Made by a program: the position numbers and the translations under genes. DNA of 64,000 bases, taken from the NCBI GenBank assembly GCA_964502925.1, contig CAZCYH010000015.1:6002-70001 (forward strand), read 5' to 3'. Positions 10,301 to 19,378 of the stretch are shown in pieces (the stretch's first letter is position 1; each line of letters opens with the position of its first letter). The stretch is from an uncultured Leptospira sp. Its GTDB lineage: Bacteria; Spirochaetota; UBA4802; JAGODF01. Under the pieces are notes generated by a model, which was not told where the DNA came from, did no database searches, and worked only from the letters and a program-made list of their open reading frames with translations.

Positions 10301-10587
10301 ATGGAGAGTCGGCTTTAAAAGAATTGGGCAATATTGTGGGTTCATCTGTGATAAATGTGATTGCTGACAAACTCAGCATGGCGATTAAACCGTCAGTTCC
10401 AACGGTTACACACGACTACATGCAGGCGACGCTCGATTCAATTCTGGTGATGCACAGCGTGAAAAGCGATTATGCACTGATCATGGAAACCGATTTCTAT
10501 TATGGTGACGACCGCATTATCGGTAACATGCTTGTACTGCCCGACACCGATTCCCTGAAGATAATCGTTGAAAAGCTGAGACAGTAA
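7393..10587 (+). CDS. cheA: Chemotaxis histidine kinase CheA with C-terminal CheC-like domain
   Basis: Hpt (FRAAHSLK), dimerisation, HATPase (HLIRNAVDHGIE, SDDGRG, GFST, SGRGVGM) and P5 CheW domain, then an acidic linker and a CheC-like C-terminus (LSKILGRRIDLSIP, ESALKELGNIVGS). Confidence 0.93.
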   Translation: MAFTLGEYQDIFLEEADEQLQELNQNLLELERNPQATDIINNIFRAAHSLKSSAAFVGLHGLSELAHKMENLLQGIRDKTLSTTPEIIEVLFRCFDTINNIIAAVSSGEEPKQDLSGIIAEIERVGAAKTAAASSSKTIQKTQAEEEAETKPQQKIDFSPEERKAIKKGLESGMSCCELTVFIDKNALMKTLKARLIIANLEHISEVIKTVPSLEALEGDVDVDVIRVILLTDQSMDDIKKACDVDQVVRLDAREISLTRKDNQLILKFHAPETLAEEQALEMPQPEIAPAAQISGNEELHEAEIHDEEEDEQEKITEDRSKVERKISTLKTVKVSVDKLDQLLNNVGELVISNSGFYKLYEELRKRSFDKSVINEFKNRMEQMSRIAKDLQSGIMKTRMVPIGGVFSRFQRLVRDLNREFGKKVQLKIIGEETELDKKVIDAIGEPLMHLIRNAVDHGIEDAAERKKLGKNEIATVTLNAYQGGNQIFVEVSDDGRGLDLEEIKKTAIKNNLATPEMIANMDREDIYNFIFNPGFSTKKEITDISGRGVGMNVVKEIVSELNGNVQIETEPGMGTRFVMAFPLTLAIIPAIMVKINREMYAVPLSDVIETIKISTDEIQTIEGHEVINLRGEILSLLRLNRFFKIRSSLAPDQKIPVVVVGFGNRKIGLMVDDLEGKQEIVIKSLEQNYRTVEGLAGASILGDGSICLILDISSMMNKVMTEQDILQEHDEQDYFDYEKEYGVKKEEPVLAGVTAEAKRGEAAAVSAKTGGEPAIVSERVSPRTSEPSVPVKAKAEPIELEEDFTIISEETVPEKPQTRKPAELSDEEIEKRVKETLHKFKDELRENIEDTLAKAKPLDHIKEALKMDDDDLDRVRILANTGITHAAENLSKILGRRIDLSIPDVRFIRIDKIPETIGSIDSVYIGVYVPFMGTINGTILFSFNEENGFDLIDTLWGTETGKTRELTEDGESALKELGNIVGSSVINVIADKLSMAIKPSVPTVTHDYMQATLDSILVMHSVKSDYALIMETDFYYGDDRIIGNMLVLPDTDSLKIIVEKLRQ

Positions 10588-11639
10588 TGTCCGACAAAAT
10601 CAAAGTCCTGGTTGTCGATGATTCGGCACTTGTTCGGAAAATCATCACCGACATCCTCGAATCGGACCCGCAGATTGAGGTGGTGGGTACCGCGAATAAC
10701 GGGAAGACTGCAATTTTTAAAACGAAGGTTCTGGACCCGGACGTGATCACCATGGACATCGAAATGCCCATCATGAACGGGCTCGATGCGTTGAAGCATA
10801 TCGTCCAGACAAATCCTAAACCAGTCATCATGATGAGCGTGCTTACCCAGGATGGTGCCGAGCCTACCTTTAAGGCTTTGGAATATGGAGCCGTTGATTT
10901 CATACCAAAACCTTCTTCCATTCTTTCGCTTTCGGTTGATGAAATCGGAAATTTGCTGATCGGCAAGGTGAAATCCGTTTATAAATCGAAGATACGCCTC
11001 GTAAGAAAAGATGCTGCGGTTGCGGAGGCAAAACAGCCTTCAGCCAAACCGGTAGAATTGAAATATACAGCTACGTCAAGGGTCGTGGCAATTGGCACCT
11101 CAACGGGTGGACCCTCGGCACTTTTGAATGTGTTTAAAGGCCTTCCGGAGGGATTTCCCGCTCCGGTGCTGGTGGTTCAGCATATGCCTGAAGGTTTTAC
11201 GAAAGCGTTTGCCGAGCGTTTGGATGACAATTGCGCGCTGTCGGTCAAAGAGGCGGAGGATGGTGATGAAATTACCCCTGGATGCGGGTATATTGCGCCT
11301 GGCCATTCTCATATTTTGGTTGAGAGAAAAAACACCCGCGATATAATTCGTTTGGTAAAAGGCGAAAAAGTTTCCGGGCATCGGCCGTCGATAGATGTGC
11401 TCTTTGACTCGGTGGCGGAAGTATACCAAAAGGATAGTATCGGCGTGATAATGACCGGCATGGGGCGCGATGGGGCAAGCGGTATCCTTCATATAAAAAA
11501 GAGCGGTGGATCCACAATCGCTCAAAATGAGGAAACTTCTGTTGTGTATGGGATGAACAGGGTCGCGGTTGAAATGGGTGCTATTGATGTCATTGTTCCA
11601 TTGAATGACATACCGAAAAAAATTATTGAATATTTGTGA
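10587..11639 (+). CDS. cheB: Chemotaxis response regulator methylesterase CheB
   Basis: Receiver domain (VVDD, DIEMP) plus catalytic motifs STGG, QHMP and TGMGRDG. Confidence 0.96.
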   Translation: MSDKIKVLVVDDSALVRKIITDILESDPQIEVVGTANNGKTAIFKTKVLDPDVITMDIEMPIMNGLDALKHIVQTNPKPVIMMSVLTQDGAEPTFKALEYGAVDFIPKPSSILSLSVDEIGNLLIGKVKSVYKSKIRLVRKDAAVAEAKQPSAKPVELKYTATSRVVAIGTSTGGPSALLNVFKGLPEGFPAPVLVVQHMPEGFTKAFAERLDDNCALSVKEAEDGDEITPGCGYIAPGHSHILVERKNTRDIIRLVKGEKVSGHRPSIDVLFDSVAEVYQKDSIGVIMTGMGRDGASGILHIKKSGGSTIAQNEETSVVYGMNRVAVEMGAIDVIVPLNDIPKKIIEYL

Positions 11640-11834
11640 GCGGTTGTTGAAATGTAGTAGAAATTTTATAATTGAGCGATTTTATTCTTGATTATTTCAG
11701 TATGATCTGCTATTTTATACATTAATTGATTATGGTGCCATAGTTGGTATTCACGATAAAAGGAAATAAAATCAGCTGAAAATTAAAGTTGTTTTCCAAA
11801 AAAATTTTGACGATATTTGTAATGGAAAAAAGAT

Positions 11835-11864
11835 TGGACAAAGTGACTATCGTTGTAGTATAGT
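11835..11864 (+). promoter_or_regulatory. Candidate sigma70 promoter for cheY
   Basis: TGGACA-N18-TATAGT in the AT-rich cheB-cheY gap. Confidence 0.35.
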
Positions 11865-11899
11865 GTTGCGTGTTTAATTCATCTATTTCGGGGTGGGTG

Positions 11900-12259
11900 A
11901 TGGCAAGGATTTTGATTGTCGATGACGCTAAATTCATGAGAACCCTTGTGAGGGATGCTCTTGTGCTCAGGGGCCATGAAGTGGTGGGAGAAGCGGAAAA
12001 TGGGAACGAGGCTGTTGAATTATATAAAAAATTAAAACCAGACCTTGTGACCATGGACATAACCATGCGTGAAAAAGATGGAATTGAAGCTGCTGAAGAA
12101 ATACTGCGGATTGATCCGGGTGCGCGTGTCATTATGGTAACTGCATTAGGTCAGGAAAACCTCCTCACAAGGGCAATTAAAATTGGCGTGAAAGATTTCG
12201 TCGTAAAACCATTTCCTCCGGAGCGTTTGCAGAAAGCCGCGGAAAAAGCTCTTTCATAA
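11900..12259 (+). CDS. cheY: Chemotaxis response regulator CheY
   Basis: MARILIVDDAKFMR...DLVTMDITM...KPF. ATG at 11900 preferred over the ORF-track start at 11870. Confidence 0.93.
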   Translation: MARILIVDDAKFMRTLVRDALVLRGHEVVGEAENGNEAVELYKKLKPDLVTMDITMREKDGIEAAEEILRIDPGARVIMVTALGQENLLTRAIKIGVKDFVVKPFPPERLQKAAEKALS

Positions 12260-12437
12260 TTTATTTTTTATATATGCATTGAATAAAGCGGCATGATGAT
12301 GTCGCTTTATTTGTTTATAGGCCGAAAATTTAGGAAAAAAAGGTTTACGGATTGAAGTGGTGTCGTGAAGTGACTGTATCGTCCCTTCGTCGTAGAATCG
12401 ATTAATGCTGTTCCGAAAAGATTGGCGTACTGGTGAT

Positions 12438-13202
12438 ATGATGAGCGTGCTTGCATCTGAAAAATGTGTGATTTCCCTGGAAAAATTCGAAGGCCCTCTG
12501 GACCTTTTATGGAATCTCATCAGGGAATCCAGGCTCGACATTACCGAAGTGCCGCTTGCGCTTGTGACGGAGCAGTACATTGCGTATCTTCGCATGATGG
12601 AAAGCCTGAATATTCAAATAGCATCGGAATTCATTTTGATGGCATCCGAGCTTTTATATTATAAATCAAAGGCGCTTTTGCCGACTGGAGAAATGGAAGA
12701 CGATTATTTTGTGCCCCCGCTTCCTCCGGATCTGGTGGAACGGCTCTTTGAATACAAGAAATATCAGGCGGCGGCATCCTCCCTCAGGGATAAATTCGAA
12801 AAGCAGTCGGATTGTTTTTTCAGAAAAATCGAGCCGGGTGAGATTAAAGATGCTGAAATGTATCTGGAGGTTTCGCTTTTCGATTTGCTGAAGGCGTTTT
12901 CCGATATTATTGATTCTCAGGAAACAATCGAGCAGAAGGAGATTGTTTTTGATGAAGTGCTCGTCAGCGATAGAATCGCGTATATTGAAGCGGTACTGTC
13001 CAGTCGCGGGAGTGCACTTTTTACCGATTTGTTCAGCGACAACCCCTCAAGGGCGGTTATCATCGCTTCTTTTCTTGCGATTCTCGAACTGGCGAAAATG
13101 CGCAGAATTAAAATTTTGCAGCATCGCCTGTTTGGTGAGATTAGAATTTTTCAGGGAGGAGCGTACGATGTTTCTCCCGAACCGGATTACACGTCAGAAT
13201 AG
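12438..13202 (+). CDS. scpA: Segregation and condensation protein A
   Basis: FEGPLDLLWNLIRE...ASEFILMASELLYYKSKALLP...FLAILEL. Start uncertain (12405-12441). Confidence 0.92.
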   Translation: MMSVLASEKCVISLEKFEGPLDLLWNLIRESRLDITEVPLALVTEQYIAYLRMMESLNIQIASEFILMASELLYYKSKALLPTGEMEDDYFVPPLPPDLVERLFEYKKYQAAASSLRDKFEKQSDCFFRKIEPGEIKDAEMYLEVSLFDLLKAFSDIIDSQETIEQKEIVFDEVLVSDRIAYIEAVLSSRGSALFTDLFSDNPSRAVIIASFLAILELAKMRRIKILQHRLFGEIRIFQGGAYDVSPEPDYTSE

Positions 13203-13321
13203 AAAAACAATTTGCTTTTTGCGATATTCCGGATTGTGCTTGAAAAAAAAATCATACTTCACGAAAAGTGCTAAAGCCCGGGGCGAAGTGATGTAATCTT
13301 CTTCCCCGGTACAGTATAATT

Positions 13322-13978
13322 ATGAATCCAGCAGAAAAAAACGAAAACGAATATTCTGAAAGCCTCGGCGATGATGAAACCGGGGAAGTGGAAAACTGCG
13401 CCGAAGAAGACGGCCCCGTCAGCGGGGATGAAAGGGGCGATGAGGCTGAGCTGAGGGGTTTATTTGAAGCGGTGATATTTCTTTCAGGTGAACCGCTGCC
13501 GATTTCCTTTTTTGTTAAGAATTTCGGAATCGATCCGACTCAGGCGAAAATAATCATCGATTCGCTGGTGGATGAATACGAAGAGAGGGACGGTGGCATT
13601 CGGCTACTTGAAATTTCAAAGGGGTACCAGTTTGCCACAAGCGCAAGGTATGCGGATCAGTTGAGGCGCATAATGGGGCTTGAGCGCAGAGAGAAGCTCT
13701 CGAAAGGAATGCTGGAAACACTGTCGATAATTGCTTACAAACAGCCTATTTCAATTGCGGAGATTGATGCACTGCGAGGCGTCTCATCAAGAATGATGGT
13801 GGCCAATCTCATGAAAAAAAATCTCATCAAACCCGTGGGGCGCAAGGAATTGCCTGGGAGGCCTCTGGCGTACGGAACCACTGATGATTTTTTAAAATAT
13901 TTCGGTCTGAATAAGATATCCGATCTTCCGAAACTTTCCGAAATTAAAGAACTCGCTTTTGGCGGTGATGACCAATGA
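13322..13978 (+). CDS. scpB: SMC-Scp complex subunit ScpB
   Basis: LETLSIIAYKQPI...EIDALRGV...GRKELPGRPLAYGTTDDFLKYFGL. Confidence 0.95.
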   Translation: MNPAEKNENEYSESLGDDETGEVENCAEEDGPVSGDERGDEAELRGLFEAVIFLSGEPLPISFFVKNFGIDPTQAKIIIDSLVDEYEERDGGIRLLEISKGYQFATSARYADQLRRIMGLERREKLSKGMLETLSIIAYKQPISIAEIDALRGVSSRMMVANLMKKNLIKPVGRKELPGRPLAYGTTDDFLKYFGLNKISDLPKLSEIKELAFGGDDQ

Positions 13979-15030
13979 ATGAAAAAATAGAAAAGCTGGA
14001 TCGGCAGCTCCTGAAGCTTATTGAGGAGAGGAGTACGCTTTATCTGGAGGAACTGCGGTCTTTAACTGATGAGCAACTCCGAGCTTTAGCAGTGAATCCC
14101 GTTGACATTGAAAAGATAGTCGGTGAGGCGTATCGCGGTCCGATTCCGGCTGAAAACATCATGAAAATATTGAAAGAACTGCACGCTCAGACGATTCTTC
14201 TTCGCAGACCGATGAATGTTGCATACCTTGGACCTGCGGGCACCTTTACGCATATCGCGCTGCTTGAGATTTTTTCAGATTCGGTAAATACCGTTCCACA
14301 AAAGACCGTGCCCGATGTATTCGACGAAGTGGAGCGGGGGGTGGCGGATTTCGGCGTGGTGCCAGTGGAAAACAGCTCGGAAGGAGCGGTCACCTACACG
14401 CTTGATGAATTGCTTGATTCGGATCTGATGATTGTGTCGGAAAAATTTCTGCGCATCACACACAGTCTGGTTAGCCTATGCGATGATGTGAAGCGCATCA
14501 AAAAGCTGTATTCGCATCCTCAGCCTCTGGGGCAGTGCAAAACCTGGTTGAGAAATTATCTTCCGAATGTGGAAATAATTCATGTGAACTCGACCTCGAA
14601 AGCGGCGGAGACGGCGTCCTGGGATAAATTCTCTGCGGCAATTGCGTCTGAAGTTGCGGCGGAGATTTATAAGCTTGGCGTACTGGCGAGAGGCATAGAA
14701 GATTCGAGAAATAATTTTACCCGCTTTTTGGTAATCGGAAAGAAAGACAATCCGGCAACGGGAAATGATAAAACATCCATCGTCTGTTCGGTGAAAGACA
14801 GGCCCGGGGCGCTCTATGAAATGCTGAAGCCATTTCACGAGGCGGGAATCAATATGACAAAAATCGAATCCAGGCCGGACAAGAAAAAAATGTGGGCATA
14901 TAATTTTTTCATTGACTTCATCGGTCACAGGGAGGATGCGGTCGTAAGGAATGCCCTTGAAAAAATGAAGGAAAGTACCATCTTTTTGAAAATTCTGGGT
15001 TCATATCCCGTCCACAGTCATGAACAGTGA
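13975..15030 (+). CDS. pheA: Prephenate dehydratase (P-protein layout; N-terminal chorismate mutase domain appears degenerate)
   Basis: AYLGPAGTFT, VPVENSSEG, SHPQPLGQC, NFTRFLVIG and an ACT domain with IESRP. Confidence 0.92.
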   Translation: MNEKIEKLDRQLLKLIEERSTLYLEELRSLTDEQLRALAVNPVDIEKIVGEAYRGPIPAENIMKILKELHAQTILLRRPMNVAYLGPAGTFTHIALLEIFSDSVNTVPQKTVPDVFDEVERGVADFGVVPVENSSEGAVTYTLDELLDSDLMIVSEKFLRITHSLVSLCDDVKRIKKLYSHPQPLGQCKTWLRNYLPNVEIIHVNSTSKAAETASWDKFSAAIASEVAAEIYKLGVLARGIEDSRNNFTRFLVIGKKDNPATGNDKTSIVCSVKDRPGALYEMLKPFHEAGINMTKIESRPDKKKMWAYNFFIDFIGHREDAVVRNALEKMKESTIFLKILGSYPVHSHEQ

Positions 15031-15064
15031 TGGCGATAATACCATTTGACATAGGAGTTAACCA

Positions 15065-16081
15065 ATGCTGATAGTCCTCAAACCCGATGTAACCCAGGAA
15101 GAGATAGATCATATAGTATTAAAAATTCTTTCGCTGAAGTTGGAGCCGTATGTTTCAAAAGGCGTTCATAGAACCATCATTACCATCATCGGGGATGAAG
15201 ATGTCTTGCGGGAGCAGCCGTTTGAGGCGATAGCTGGCGTTGAGTCTGTGAAGCCGATCCTTCGGCCGTTCAAACTCGTGAGCAGGGAAACGCATCCGGA
15301 TCGCACGGTAGTGCGCGTGGGCAATGTTGAAATTGGGTCCGGTAAAATTGTTGTGATTGCAGGTCCCTGCGCAGTCGAGGGCGAAAAGGAAGTAATTGAA
15401 CATGCGCGGATGGTCAAAAAAGCCGGGGCACATATGTTTAGAGCGGGAGCCTATAAACCACGTACCTCGCCATATTCATTTCAGGGTTTCGGCGAAAAGG
15501 GATTGAAATTCCTGGCCAAAGCGCGCGAGGAAACCGGGCTTCCCGTGGTTACCGAAGTGATCGATCCTCGCGATGTGGCGCTTGTTGAAGAATATGTCGA
15601 TATGCTTCAAATTGGAACGCGCAATATGCAGAACTTCAATCTCCTGAAAGAAGTTGGCAGGTCGAAAAAACCTGTGCTTTTGAAAAGAGGCATGAGTGCG
15701 ACGATCAATGAATTCCTCATGTCGGCCGAATATATCCTCTCTCAGGGAAACCGGAATATTGTCCTCTGTCCGCGGGGAATCAGAACTTTTGAAGATGTGA
15801 CGAGAAATACCCTCGATGCGGGAGTCGTGCCCGTGATTAAGGATTGGTCGCATCTTCCCGTTATTGCGGATCCGAGCCACGCTATGGGCATAAAGGCGTA
15901 TGTCCCCCAGGCAGCTATGGCATATATTGCTGCGGGCGCGGACGGCATTATCATTGAAGCTCATCCTAATCCCGAAGACGCGATTTCCGACGGCCAGCAG
16001 ACAATTGACGGCGAGCAACTTGTATTGCTTATTGAAAGGCTTGGAAAGCTCGCGCGCGCCATGGACAGGGATATTGCCTGA
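15065..16081 (+). CDS. aroF: DAHP synthase type I-beta with N-terminal ACT-like regulatory domain
   Basis: IAGPCAVE, AYKPRTSPYSFQG, QIGTRNMQN, LLKRG, DPSH. Confidence 0.95.
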   Translation: MLIVLKPDVTQEEIDHIVLKILSLKLEPYVSKGVHRTIITIIGDEDVLREQPFEAIAGVESVKPILRPFKLVSRETHPDRTVVRVGNVEIGSGKIVVIAGPCAVEGEKEVIEHARMVKKAGAHMFRAGAYKPRTSPYSFQGFGEKGLKFLAKAREETGLPVVTEVIDPRDVALVEEYVDMLQIGTRNMQNFNLLKEVGRSKKPVLLKRGMSATINEFLMSAEYILSQGNRNIVLCPRGIRTFEDVTRNTLDAGVVPVIKDWSHLPVIADPSHAMGIKAYVPQAAMAYIAAGADGIIIEAHPNPEDAISDGQQTIDGEQLVLLIERLGKLARAMDRDIA

Positions 16082-16965
16082 TGCCTGATGGGTTTCCATT
16101 CAAGCATATTGCTGTGTTCGGCCTCGGTTTGCTTGGGGGCTCGCTTTGTAAAGCGGTCCGTAAGATTTCGCCGTCAACACGCCTTTCCGCGTGGGGGCGA
16201 AGTGCCGATCGTCTTCTTCCCGCCCTGCATGATGGAACTGTTGACCGGATAGGTCTCGCCGAAGAAGCGGATCTGGCTGGTGTTGACTGTGTGGTGGTTG
16301 CATCCACTGTTGTTTCTTCAATCGCAATTTTGAAAAACATCCTCGATAGAGAGGACTTGGGCAAGAATACGGTCGTCATAGATGTCGGCAGTGTGAAAGA
16401 AGCAATCTTAAAAAGCATTTCCACGCATTCAAGATACAATCAGTTTATTGGCTGCCATCCGATGGCCGGTTCGGAGAAAAAAGGCTATGACAATGGTCGT
16501 TCGGACCTCTACAATGCATCAATTGTGATCATCACACCGCATGACAAAAATAGCAATAGCGATATTGAAAAAACAGAAAATTTCTGGAGAATGCTTGGGG
16601 CGAAAACCGTAAGGCTTGATGCAGCCCTGCACGACAGGATTGTCGCGCGGACCAGCCATCTCCCGCACATGTCTGCATGCGTTCTGGTTGATCTTGTGGC
16701 GGGATTGTGGGAAAAATTTGGCGCGGAGCAAGTCAGCTACGGAATCGGCAAAGGATTCAGGGATTCGACACGCATCGCAGCAGGTTCCGAGGAAGTGTGG
16801 AGCGAAATCGCAATGCTCAATGCGGAAAACATTGTTTCCGCGATCGATGATATGGTTCTTTGTCTTGAAGAACTCAAACGGATGATTATAGATTCGAGAG
16901 AAAATCAGGAAAAGCTCAATGATTATCTTGCCCGCACGCGAAGGCATAGAGAGGAGATCGGATGA
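16081..16965 (+). CDS. tyrA: Prephenate/arogenate dehydrogenase
   Basis: GLGLLGGS Rossmann motif, DVGSVK, HPMAGSE, HDRIVARTSHLPH, TRIAAG. Confidence 0.92.
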   Translation: MPDGFPFKHIAVFGLGLLGGSLCKAVRKISPSTRLSAWGRSADRLLPALHDGTVDRIGLAEEADLAGVDCVVVASTVVSSIAILKNILDREDLGKNTVVIDVGSVKEAILKSISTHSRYNQFIGCHPMAGSEKKGYDNGRSDLYNASIVIITPHDKNSNSDIEKTENFWRMLGAKTVRLDAALHDRIVARTSHLPHMSACVLVDLVAGLWEKFGAEQVSYGIGKGFRDSTRIAAGSEEVWSEIAMLNAENIVSAIDDMVLCLEELKRMIIDSRENQEKLNDYLARTRRHREEIG

Positions 16966-19373
16966 TGCAGCAAAGAATAGTTGTGGCGGTCGATGGACCT
17001 GCGGGGTCGGGTAAAAGCAGTGTTTGCAGGGAAGCCGCCGTAATTCTAAATATTAAATATATCGATTCAGGGGCGATTTACAGAGCGATTACGCTGTTTT
17101 TATTGAGAAAGCATGGAGACTTGCAGCGAGAAATAAAATATATTTCTGATCTTTCAGATTTAAAATTGGAACAATATTTCACAACGGATGGAATCTGCAG
17201 TACATTCATTAACGGGGAAGATGTCTCGGCAGCGATTCGCGATGAGGTTATTGCAAAAAATATCGGGATTGTTTCAGATGATCCCGAAATAAGAGGATTT
17301 GTGAATTCCCACCTCAGAGAATGGGCGAGGATATCTTCCATAATAATGGACGGCAGAGATATTGGTACCGTGGTATTTCCTGATGCGGATATAAAAATAT
17401 ATCTGGATGCGTCGGTCGATGAGCGGACGCGCAGAAGATGTGCTGAATATCGAGCACTGGGAAAAACTGTTGACGTAAATGCGGTGCGAAATCAAATTAT
17501 CCAGCGCGACAGGGAAGACACGGGAAGGCCGGTCGGTGCATTGCGAAAAGCAGAAGATGCAATCGTGCTTGACACAACTGCAATGACGAAAGATGAGGTA
17601 ATTTCTCGACTGGTCGAGATTATTGAAGGAAAAATGGCGGCGCCAGGCAGCAAAGAACCGAAAAATAATGCCGCGGAGAAGGGATATACCGAGATGATTA
17701 ACCATGCAGAGCGTTTTGAAGAGCAGATCAACATGGAGCATGTAGCCAATACCGCACCCGAAGATATCAGGCCGAACATCGTCCTCAGAGGTGAAGTCGT
17801 GACGGTTGATAGCGAATTTGCCTATGTGAATGTGGGCGCAAAATCTGAGGGAAGGGTTGCGCTTGCTGAATTTGAAACCCCTCCGCGCGTCGGCGATGAA
17901 ATTCACGTGATGCTTGTCGATAGAAGGATGCTTGACGGAATGTATGTTTTTTCTGCGAAAGTGGCGGCGCGCAAGCTCAAATGGAATGGATTTATGGAAT
18001 ATTATCGCGCCGGCAATAACACCATAACCGGAAATATTACTGAAGTCGGTAAAAACGGATTGTACGTGAATTGTATGGGTTTGCGGGCGTTTGTTCCCTT
18101 TTCCCAGGCGGGAGATATAAAGATAAAAAAAGCTTCAGACGGTACCGTTGAATATAAATTTAAGATTAAAAAAATCGATGAGAAGCGCCAGAGTGTTCTG
18201 CTTTCCAGAAAAGAGTATCTCGATGAAGAAACCGAAAGAGTTTGGAATGAATTCATCGGCAAACATGCTGTTGGAGATCGCGTAAAAGGGCGCGTGCTTC
18301 GATTCGTTGAAAGCGGTGCGATTATCGAGGTGGAAGGGGTCGAGGCGTTTCTTGCGAAAGAAAATATGTCGTGGAAGAAAATTTTCAAGCGCAGAAAAGT
18401 TCTCAAACAGGGATCGGAGCGCGAGTTCGCCGTGATTGCATTGGATCAGGAAAAAAGAAAAGTTGAGCTCGGTCTTAAGCAATTAGAAGAAGATCCATGG
18501 TCGTCGGCTGAATCAAAATATCAAATGGGAAGTGTTGTAACCGGCAAAGTGGCTACGGTTACCGGTTTTGGTGTTTTTATTGAGCTTGATGACGGCATTG
18601 AGGGGCTTGTTGGAAACAACGACCTTTCCTGGACTAAAAAGGCTGTTAATCCGAGGGATCTTTTTAAACCTGGGCAAAAGGTTGAAGCACAAGTCCTCGG
18701 AATCGATAAAGAATCGAGAAAAATGTCTCTCGGCATAAAACAGCTCCAGCCAAATCCATGGGATTCTCTTGAGCAACGTTACCCGGTTGGCACCATAATG
18801 AAAGGAAAAGTAAAAACGATAGTGCCTTTTGGAATCTTTGTTGAGGTCGAAGAGGGCATTGACGGATTGGTACACGTTTCCGATATTTCCTGGGAGGAAG
18901 ATAATAAAAATACGTTGGATACTTATAAACCCAGTGATGAAATTGAATTTAAAATTTTAGGAGTCGATAAAGAAGAAATGAGGATTTCATGCGGCATCAA
19001 GCAGCTTACGAAATCCCCATGGGAAATGATTAGCGAGAAATATCCCCCCAGGACACGCCTCGCCGGCGTTGTGACAAGAATAACCGGCTTTGGGCTTTTT
19101 GTGCGCCTGGAGGATGGAATTGAAGGACTGGTCCATGTTTCAGAAGCATCGCGCAGAAAAGTTGACGATCTCAATAGTCTTTTCAAAGTTGGTGATACCG
19201 TAAACGTAGTGGTGCTCGGAGTTGATGTTGAGAAGCGCCGGCTATCACTCAGCATCAAGCATTATGATATGATGACGGAAAAAGAAGAATTGAACAGGAT
19301 CCTGCAATCCAGCAGCCCGTCCAAAGTTACCCTCGGAGATATTATGAAAAATAAATTGAGCGGTGATCGGTAG
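16962..19373 (+). CDS. cmk: Fused cytidylate kinase / 30S ribosomal protein S1
   Basis: Cmk P-loop DGPAGSGKS, DGRDIGTVVFPDA and RDREDTGR, continuing in frame into multiple S1 domains (FGVFIEL, GIDGLVHVSDISW). Confidence 0.93.
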   Translation: MMQQRIVVAVDGPAGSGKSSVCREAAVILNIKYIDSGAIYRAITLFLLRKHGDLQREIKYISDLSDLKLEQYFTTDGICSTFINGEDVSAAIRDEVIAKNIGIVSDDPEIRGFVNSHLREWARISSIIMDGRDIGTVVFPDADIKIYLDASVDERTRRRCAEYRALGKTVDVNAVRNQIIQRDREDTGRPVGALRKAEDAIVLDTTAMTKDEVISRLVEIIEGKMAAPGSKEPKNNAAEKGYTEMINHAERFEEQINMEHVANTAPEDIRPNIVLRGEVVTVDSEFAYVNVGAKSEGRVALAEFETPPRVGDEIHVMLVDRRMLDGMYVFSAKVAARKLKWNGFMEYYRAGNNTITGNITEVGKNGLYVNCMGLRAFVPFSQAGDIKIKKASDGTVEYKFKIKKIDEKRQSVLLSRKEYLDEETERVWNEFIGKHAVGDRVKGRVLRFVESGAIIEVEGVEAFLAKENMSWKKIFKRRKVLKQGSEREFAVIALDQEKRKVELGLKQLEEDPWSSAESKYQMGSVVTGKVATVTGFGVFIELDDGIEGLVGNNDLSWTKKAVNPRDLFKPGQKVEAQVLGIDKESRKMSLGIKQLQPNPWDSLEQRYPVGTIMKGKVKTIVPFGIFVEVEEGIDGLVHVSDISWEEDNKNTLDTYKPSDEIEFKILGVDKEEMRISCGIKQLTKSPWEMISEKYPPRTRLAGVVTRITGFGLFVRLEDGIEGLVHVSEASRRKVDDLNSLFKVGDTVNVVVLGVDVEKRRLSLSIKHYDMMTEKEELNRILQSSSPSKVTLGDIMKNKLSGDR

Positions 19374-19378
19374 GAGGA

